Assembly: GCA_965202665.1 (NCBI GenBank)
Contig: OZ241841.1
Coordinates: 1,120,001 to 1,184,000, forward strand
Origin: Candidatus Spongiisociaceae bacterium
GTDB lineage: Bacteria; Actinomycetota; Acidimicrobiia; Spongiisociales; Spongiisociaceae
DNA length: 64,000 nt
Direction of reading: 5' to 3'
Shown one piece after another: positions 42,201 through 51,200 of this stretch (within the stretch, counting starts at the first letter, position 1; each line of letters starts with the position of its first letter). Below the pieces are notes generated by a model. The model did no database searches, had not been told where the DNA came from, and was given only the letters and a program-made list of their open reading frames with translations. The position numbers were made by a program, and so were the translations under genes.

Positions 42201-45200
42201 TCGGCGGTTCCCGACAGGCTGAAAACGGACGAGCCTTGCGTCTCCCCGGCTGGGATGATCACTGAAAAATCGGCCACCGGCTGATAATCCGTCCCCGCCT
42301 GAGCCGTGTCCCGCTCCACCACATTCATGGTGGCCGGATCATCGGCGTCCCCCACTTTGAAGCGAACCGCCGTAGCCCCGGTGCGCGCCCCGCCGGTGAG
42401 GGAAGCGGTTACTTTCACCTCTATGTCGGAGGGGCTTTCCTGAACCGAGGTCGGGCTGAGGATCCATGTCACTCCGGTGGGGGTGGATTCGTCGTCCACG
42501 ATCCCTATCCGGGCGGACACGATCGGCAACGAACCGGATTCGCCGACCACCGACAAAAATTCCACCGACTCGGAGGCGGAATCGTCCGTAGGCGTCAGTT
42601 GCAATGCGACCGAGGAGCTCCGTTTCCCGGCCGGAATGACAATCGCCAAGTTGGAAAGTCCCCCCTCCGCCGTCGCCGTGTAATCAGTGTTAGCCGTCGC
42701 CGAATCGCCCGTCGCCCCCACCGTCAACGACACCGTTGTGTCCCGCTCCGACAGGTTGCCGCCCGAACCTCCGTATTCGGGCCGGGTGGCGGTTACGGTC
42801 ACCTCGGTGAGCCCGTCTTCTTCGCCCACCACCGCCGGGGAAACGGTCAACACCACCCCCTGGGCGCACGCCTCCGCCCGCCGCGCCCCGGAGGGCAACC
42901 CGACCAGCTCCACTTCGGAAAGGAGCAAAGCGGGCACGGGCCCGGTGATCCCGTTGCCGCAGAAACCGAACCGGGACAAAGAGCCGCCCGCCGTAGCCGA
43001 CAAACTTACCAGGGCGGCGGGGAAGGGCCCGGTGAGCAAGTTGCCGGAAACCAAAAGCGTCTCCAACTTGGTCAAAGAACCCAAAGAAGTAGGCAGGGAA
43101 CCGGTAAGCCGGTTGCCGGACAGATCCAGGTAGGCGATGTCCTCCAACACTTCCAGTCCGGTGGGGAAGGCGGTGGTCAGCCCAATCCCGTTCAGATCCA
43201 AATAGGTTATTTCATCCAATGCGGACGGCCACTGCGCGAGACCGGCCGGGTAGAAGTTCGGGTTGCCGCCCAAATCCAAATGGGTGAGTCCCCTCACCCG
43301 GATGAGAGAAGTGGGAATACCGCCGGTCAACCCGTTGTCGCCCAACATCAGCTTCTCCAAACGGGACAGATCTCCTATATCGGCGGGGATGGCACCGGTG
43401 AGCCGGTTGCCGCCCAAATCGAGAACCCGCAAATCGGCCAACGAAGTCAAAGCGGCCGGGATGGAACCCGTAAACTGGTTGCCGCCCAAATCCAACATCG
43501 TCAAACCGGTGAAACCCCCCAACGCGGCCGGGATGGAGCCGGTAAGCCGGTTGCCGCCCAAATCCAACATCGTCAAACCGTCCCAACCGTCCAATGAGGC
43601 CGGGAGGGGGCCCCGCAACCGGTTCCCCGACAAATCCAAAGTAATCAAATCCAAACTCCCCAAGCTGGCCGGGAAGGAACCGGTCAACCGGTTATTGGAC
43701 AAATTAAGATAAGCCAGGTCTGCCAACCCCGTCAAACGGGGCAAATTCCCCGAAAAGTTGTTGCCGGAAAGATCAAGACGCTCCAAACCAGCGAACTTGC
43801 CCACCCACGACGGGACCGTCCCCGTCAGTTTATTCCCAGACAAATCCAAATCGGTCAAAGACCACAATCCATTTCTTCTGCCGTTATCGGTTAGCGGGGA
43901 GAAATTCCACGGGAACCCTCCGGTGAGTTGGTTGTCGCTCAGGTCGAGTTTCTCCAACTTGGTCAAAGAACCCAATAAGCCGGGCAGGTGGTCGCTCAAC
44001 TGGTTGCCGGACAAATCCAAAAAGGTCAGATCGGTGGAACGGAATTCCGGCACAGAACCGGTAAAGCCGTTTCCGGACAAGTCCAAGTGGGATAACTTGG
44101 TCAAAGAGTCCAAGAAACCGGGCAGGGGACCGCTCAACTGGTTGCCGGACAAATCCAAAAAGGTCAGAATGGTGGGACTGAAATTCGGCACAGAACCGGT
44201 GAAGCCGTTTCCGGACAGGTCCAAGTGGGTGAGGTTGGTGAAGGATATCACCTCGGAGGGAAAGGCCCCGGTGAGTCCGGTGTCGGACAGGTCAATTACG
44301 GACAAGTTAGCGTCCAGCGCGCGGCGCCTAGCCAGCTCCTCGTTCTGCCTGTCGGTGGGGGGGTTGGACAAGACCACTCCCGATATGTTGACATCCAGTC
44401 CGGTCGGCCACGAAGTCAACGAGTTGCCGCCCACTCGCAACTCGACAAGGCCGGTCATTTGAGTCACGTCCAAAGACCTCAAAGATAAGTAGTTGTCGGA
44501 CAGGTCCAACTTGGTCAAACCGCTTCGCAGAACTCCGGACGGGAGGGAGCCGGTCAAACGGTTGCCCCCCAAGTCCAGGCTGGTCAAAGCCGACAAATCG
44601 CCAATCTGGGCCGGGACCGTGCCTGAGATCCGGTTCGCCTCCACCTCGGTGCTGGGAAGGATGGGAACCGCCCGCGTGGCGGTGTAGTAGAAGCCAAGCT
44701 GGGGACTACAATTCGGGAGAAAGATGAGGTCGCTTTGATCTGGGTTTTGGCATGTTACGGTGATGGAGTCGACCGGTACCAAACCTTCCAGTCCCTGGTT
44801 GCGCAGGTTTAGTCCCGTTACCCGCAAAACGCCCCCGACTCTTTCCAAAGTCACCCCCGGCCATATTCGGATGTCCCGGGTTCCGAACCTGCTCTCCAAC
44901 ACACTTTCGCTCAGGCGGGTGGCGGAAAGGACCGGGGGGCTCCAAGGGGCGTATCCGATCGCCCCCCAGGCGCGGAGCACATGGGTTTCATCTATGTTTT
45001 TGGTACCTTGGGTTTCGTCCACATTGGGCGTGCTCGGATCGTCGGGGGTGTACGGAATGTCCACCGGCAGGTTCCCGTTGAGGGGGTTGTTGGTGAAATG
45101 ATTACGGATACCGACCAACGCCCGGCAATCCGCAATCAACAGGGTGTTGGACGTATCTTCCACGAAGGTTCCATCGGCGCACAACGCCGAGTCCAACGGC

Positions 45201-48200
45201 GTAATAGAACTGTCATCATCAACGATTGTTATCGCGAACTCGGATGGGTAGACCTTGAACCCGGTCGGGGGGGTAACCACTCGCAACAACACCGTCTTTT
45301 CCCGCTCTATGTCAGCGTCCTGGGGGACCGCCACCGTCACAGTCGTCGCACCAATCGTTTGGCCAGATGCAATAGTCAAATCAACATTGCCCGTCAAAGC
45401 CGTATAATCATTAGCAGACGCAAGCGCAGAACCATCCGCCAAATTCAACGACAAAGTTACCGGGCTCGTTTCCTGGCCATCCGGCAACGTAGCCCCTACC
45501 GTTATCGTCTCCGATCCGCCTTCCGCTACTCTACTCGGGGTAATGGACAACTCAACCGCCTTCCCCGTTTCGTTATCCTCGATTGCCACCTCCGCCTCCG
45601 ACACCCCCAACACTCCCCACGAACCAATCGCCACCCCCTGCGGACTCCCCACCTGCGCCGACTCCAGCCCCTCCCAGGTCGCGTCGTCCGTCACCGATAA
45701 AACAAACACGCCGCTCCCCGCCAACTTGCCCGCCGGGATGGTAATAGTGAAATTAGGAACCGTCGCAAAATCACTCCCAGCCGTCGCCGACCCGCCGCCC
45801 ACCGACACCGGCACCACGATATCCCCTTCCGGCCGCGCCGGTTGACCCGGCCCCCCGAACCCGGCCAGCGTCGCCGACACCGAAATCCGCGTCTCGTCAT
45901 CGCCCTCCGCCACTAGCGACGGGCTCACCGACAACTCCACCCGGCTTTCCCTGTCCACCACCGTCACCTCCACCGGTTCCACCACCCTCATCCAAGGACC
46001 TGCTGAAAATCGAGCCTCCCCGGTAATCGTCACCACCTCCGGACCTTCAAACAATTCATCTTGCTTCGCCCGAATTCGAACCCTCGTTCCAGCCGCCCAA
46101 TTCCTGGTTGTCCCAAAATATTGAGTATTGCCGGACCAACCGTGGACATCGGCCGAATCAGCCACCGACCACCTTACATGCGTAAAACCGGGATAGGCCG
46201 GTTGCCCAGGTCCCCCAAACCCAAACAACCCTCCCGTAATGAAAGGATTAAAATCTTCCCCCTCCCGCACGAAGTTCCTGGGGAGGGCAAACCAGACCCA
46301 TTGCTCGTCATCCAACACCCTCACCAGCGTCCCGGCATCGTGCGTCGCCTGCAACCGCCCCCCCGCAACCGCCACCCCATCCGCCGGGCCCACCACCGCC
46401 AACCATTCATCCCGCTCCCGTAAAGAATCATCCACCGTCTCCAACCGGAAAGCGCCCGTCCCGCTGGTCGAACCGGCCGGAATCGTAACCGTGAAATCAG
46501 GAACCGCTTTATAATCACCCGGCCCGGCGACGCCGCCCGTCACCGACACTCCCGCCGACCCGCCAGCCACTGACACCGGCACCGCCACATCCTCCGTGGG
46601 CGCCGCCGGCTTCCCCGCCCCTCCGAAACCAACCAACTCGGCGGTAACCGTCACCGTCGCCGACACCCCCTCATTCACAGAACCGGGACTTACCCTCAAC
46701 TGCACCCGGCTGTCCTCATCCAAAACAAACAACTGCTCCCCGAACACCAGCAACCCGGCGGACACCCCCGACACGTTCGCAAACTCCGAACCTTCGAACA
46801 AAGCGTCGGGCGCCCCCGTCAGCCAAAAACTCCCCTTCCCGCTCGCCGAGCCCGCCGGAATCGTAACCGTGAAATTATCCACCGCGCCGCTCTCGCCCCT
46901 CCCCTGGTAATCAGCGGCCGCCGCCGTGCCGCCCGCCACCGACACCGTCACCACCGTATCCGTCCCGGGCAAGCCCGGCTCCCCCGCCCCTCCGAACCCG
47001 ACCAACTCGGCCGTAACCTCCATCAACTCCGTGTCCCCCTCCGCCAAGCTGTCCGAGGTCAGCCGCAACGCCACCCCCCGCCGGCAACCCGCCACCCCCT
47101 CCGCCTCGTCATAACCGGGCAACGTCGTCCCCGAACCCAACCCGGCGGGCAGAGAACCGGTCAAGCCGTTGCCGCAGAACCCGAACTCAGCCAGAGAAGA
47201 CAGGCCTCCCAACCCGGCGGGGATGGAACCGGTCAGGCGGTTGCCGCTCACATCCAATGCGGCCAGGGCGCTCAGCGAGCCGAGAGAAGACGGAATCTGG
47301 CCGGTGAACCCGTTGTCGCTCAAGTCCAAGCCGGTTAGGGAAGTCAAAGAACCCAACGCAGAGGGGATGCTCCCCGACAGGCGGTTGCCGCCCAAATCCA
47401 AACTCGTCAAAGAAGACAAACCGCCCAAACCCACCCCCGACAACCCGCCGCTCAACCGGTTGCCGCCCAAATCCAAACTCGTCAAAGCCGTCAACCCGCT
47501 CAAAGACGGAATCGCATCCGACAAGCGGTTCCCGCCCAAATCCAAACTCGTCAAAGAAGACAAAGCATTCAACGCCGGAATCTCACCCGACAACCTATTC
47601 CCACCCAAATCCAAACTCGTCAAAGAAGACAAAGCATTCAACGCCGGAATCTCACCCGACAACCTATTCCCACCCAAATCCAAACTCGTCAAAGAAGACA
47701 AAGCATTCAACGCCGGAATCTCACCCGACAACCTATTCCCACCCAAATCCAAACTCGTCAACCCCGACAAAGAACCTATCTCGCTCGGGACGCTGCCCGC
47801 CAAAGCCGCGTCCGACAGATCCAATCCGGTAACCCTCCCGCCGGCCGTCGTCACCCCCGGCCAAGAATCCACCAGCCCGCTCCCCCACAAACGCAACGAA
47901 TGATCGGCGGGGAGTCCTGCGTTGTCCGGATTGCCCAGCCAATGATTGCGGATCGCTACCAGCTGTCGGCAGTCGCCGACCAACGCCGCGGCCGAGCCGG
48001 GGCTGGTCACCCAAGTCCCGTCCGAACAATTGCCGGAACCCAAAGCGGCCGCCTCCCCGTCGTTGCCCAAAATGGTCACCGTCGCCGGGGACACCACCCG
48101 GCCCGCCGCCACGCCCGCAATGGTTATGGACTCGGCCCCCTCCGCCTCCGAATCGTCGTTCACCGTAAAATTAAGAGAGACCGAACCGCCGTCCTGCCCC

Positions 48201-51200
48201 GCCGGAATGGTGATCCGAAACGGGTTGGGACGAGCCACCGTGAAATCCTTGCCCTCCCCCTCCTCCGCCTGGCCCGAGCCGGAACCACCGGTCGCCGTCA
48301 GCTCCACCACCACCGGCGAATCCGCCGGAGCGGACTCCCCCACCGGCAAAGTGGCGGTGACGACAACCGAAGTCTGGGCGGAATCCTCCTCCAGCGCCGC
48401 CGGGGCGGCCGACAAAGCCACCACCGAATCATCATCGTACAAGGCGACGGAAACCGGGATTACGCCGAAGGTAGCGGCCGAACCGGAAAAGGTCACCGCC
48501 TCCAAACTTTCCCGGCTCCGGTCATCCACCGGGGACAAAATCAAATCCAAAGAACCGCTTCTTTGCCCGGCCGGGATGGTGACCGTGAAAGGCCCCGTCC
48601 CGCCTTCGCCGTCCGTCAACGTGAAATCCGACCCGGGGGTGGCCGAACTGTCGGCGGTGGACAAGGAAACCGTCACCGCCGACTGCGACCGTTCCACGCC
48701 CTCCCGCAAAGCGGCGGTTACCGTTAAGGGCGTCGGCCCATCGTCTTCCGTCGCCGACGGCTGGCTCGCCGACAGCACGATGTCCGCTCCGTCGTCGTCC
48801 GCGATGGTCACCGACGGGTCGCCCGCCGCCAGGGCGGAAGTCGTTATCCCGCCGCGGGTGAAAGTGTAAACCGGGGAGAAAGGCTCGAAAGGCTCCGCCA
48901 CTCGGATAAACAGCCTTTCATTGCCCTCCGACGCCTCGTCATCGGCGACAGTCAGGTTGAAAGAAGCCGAACCCTCGTTGGCCCCGGCGGGAATGGTGAT
49001 CGTGAAATGCCTAGGCGAAGCCGTGAAATCGGATCTGCCGGCGGTGTCCTCCTTCACCGACACCGGAACCGTGAGGGGCGTAACCCGCACCGGCTCGCCC
49101 GGCAAGGTCACCCCCGGCGCCGAACCGGGCAGATAGGCGGTGACCGTCACCTTGGTGGTTCGGGAAGCCGCCCCGGAACCGCTGTCCTCGCTGATCCGAT
49201 ACGGATCCACCAAAAAGTTGATGCGCTGATCGTCATCGTTGATAACCACCGCAATAGTGGAAGTCTCCAAACCCGGCGCCGCCGCCGACGCCTCGAAAAA
49301 CTCATACCCCTCCGCCAAATCGTCCTCGATCAGCGTCACATCCAAAGAACCGGAAACGGTGCGGGTGTTCTGGGGCAAAGTAATCACCCGCCGGTTGGCA
49401 GCCGAGAAATCGCTCCCCCAAGTCGCCGTGCCGCTCGCCACCGAGACAGTAATCTCCGTGTCCTGCGCCAGCAGGGCTACCCCCGACGCCAAACCCACCT
49501 CGTAACTCAACTGAACCGAACCCGCCGCCTCGTTCAAAAACAGCGGGGTGATTGAGAAAAACAACTCATCGTCGTTGTCGATGATAAGGACTTCGGTGGC
49601 GTGCACCGCAAACCCGGTCAGGCCGCTGTCCGTCTCCGGCGGGATGGAACCGGTAGCCGGGCCGGGGGAGGCCGTCGTCTCATGTCCGATGATCCGCACC
49701 CGCTCATCCCCCTCCGCCAACGCGTCATCCACCACCGCCAAATTGAAGGAACCCGACGCCCTGACCGCGTTGGCGGGAATGGTGATGTTGAAATTTTCCA
49801 CCGCCGCGTAGTCGTCCGGGGCCGTTGCGTAACCGGCGTGGTTCGCCAACCCCACCGACACGGTAACCGGATCGGCGCGGGAAGCCCCGTCCGCGTATTC
49901 GGCGGTAACCGTCACTCTGGTGGTTCCGCTGTCCTCCCCCACCCGCGACACATCCGCCTGCAAATCAATAGCCGGGTCCTCTGCGGCAACCGGATCGTCG
50001 TCGGCGATGGAAATGAACGAAGGGGCGATGCTGAAACCGGTCGCCGAAGCGGACACTTTGATGGTCTCATCATCGTTGTCGGCGTCGGAAGCGGTGACCA
50101 GCGTGAACTCTTTGCTCGCCCCCGTTGATGAGGTAAACGGAGCGGACGGGCTGGCCGTAATTTCGATGGTGGCGGACGCCGGCGTGAAATCCGCCCCCTC
50201 CGCCGAACCCCCCGCCGTTGTTCCGTCCGCCGCCAAAGACACCGCCACCGAAACGTTTTCGGTAATCGGATCCGCCCCCGCCGGCAACGTGGCCGTCGCC
50301 GTCAAAGTGGTGGTGGAACCTTCCGTCACCCGGGATGGGGAAACCGCCACCTGCAACGTGCGGGGAGTGGGCGTCGGGGTGGTGGAAACGCCGGGGTCGG
50401 TTATAGCCACCGCGATCGGAGCGGCGAAGCGGAAAACGGATACGGGCGTGAAAGTGTCCGCCTCCATCGTCTCCCCCGGGTTGTCCGGGTCGGGCACGTC
50501 CGCATCCCGTTGCGAAACCGAAATCACCCCCAACTCCACGTTCTCCCCCGCCTCGGCCGCCTCGTCCGCCCACGAAGTCAGGGTGAAAGCGGCCGAACCG
50601 CTGCGGGAACCGCCTTCGATGTCAACATCAAAATCGGCCACCGTCTGGTAATCCGCCCCCGGCGCATCGGAGTCCGCCCCCGCCGTCGCCGTAGAAGAAC
50701 CCAACACTCCCACCCGCACCCGCAAATCCTGGGTCAGAGGGTCGGTTCCGGAAGGCAGGGAAGCGGTAACCTCCACTTCGGCCGCCTCCCCTTCCGCCAC
50801 CGACGTCGTATCAGCCGACAAAGAAATCAGGTTGTCGTCGTCCAGGATGGACAGGTAAGCGGAATAGACGTCGAACCGATCCGTTGTCCCGTGCACCGCC
50901 ACCCGTTGCCGAACCTCCGGTATCGCATCATCGACGGGGGTGAAAGTGAACTGGCCGGTGCCGGAACGGGCGTGATCGGGGATGGTGATGGTGAACCCGG
51001 GCACCTCCGCAAACTCCCCGCTCTCCGCCGCCACGGTTACCGCCACCGCGGTGGCCGTCGTTTCAACTCGGCCCTCCGGCAGGGAAGCGGTCACGGTGAT
51101 GGTATGCGACAAATTGCCCTCTTCCGCCTCGCTGCCTTCCGTCACCTCCGTCTTGTCCAAGGAGAGACGGATGGCGGAGTCGTCGTCGAGGATGGTGAGG

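Noticed and set aside
38950-48040. Diversity-generating retroelement acting on the LRR modules
   Set aside because: No reverse transcriptase and no template/variable repeat pair with A-specific mismatches seen in this window
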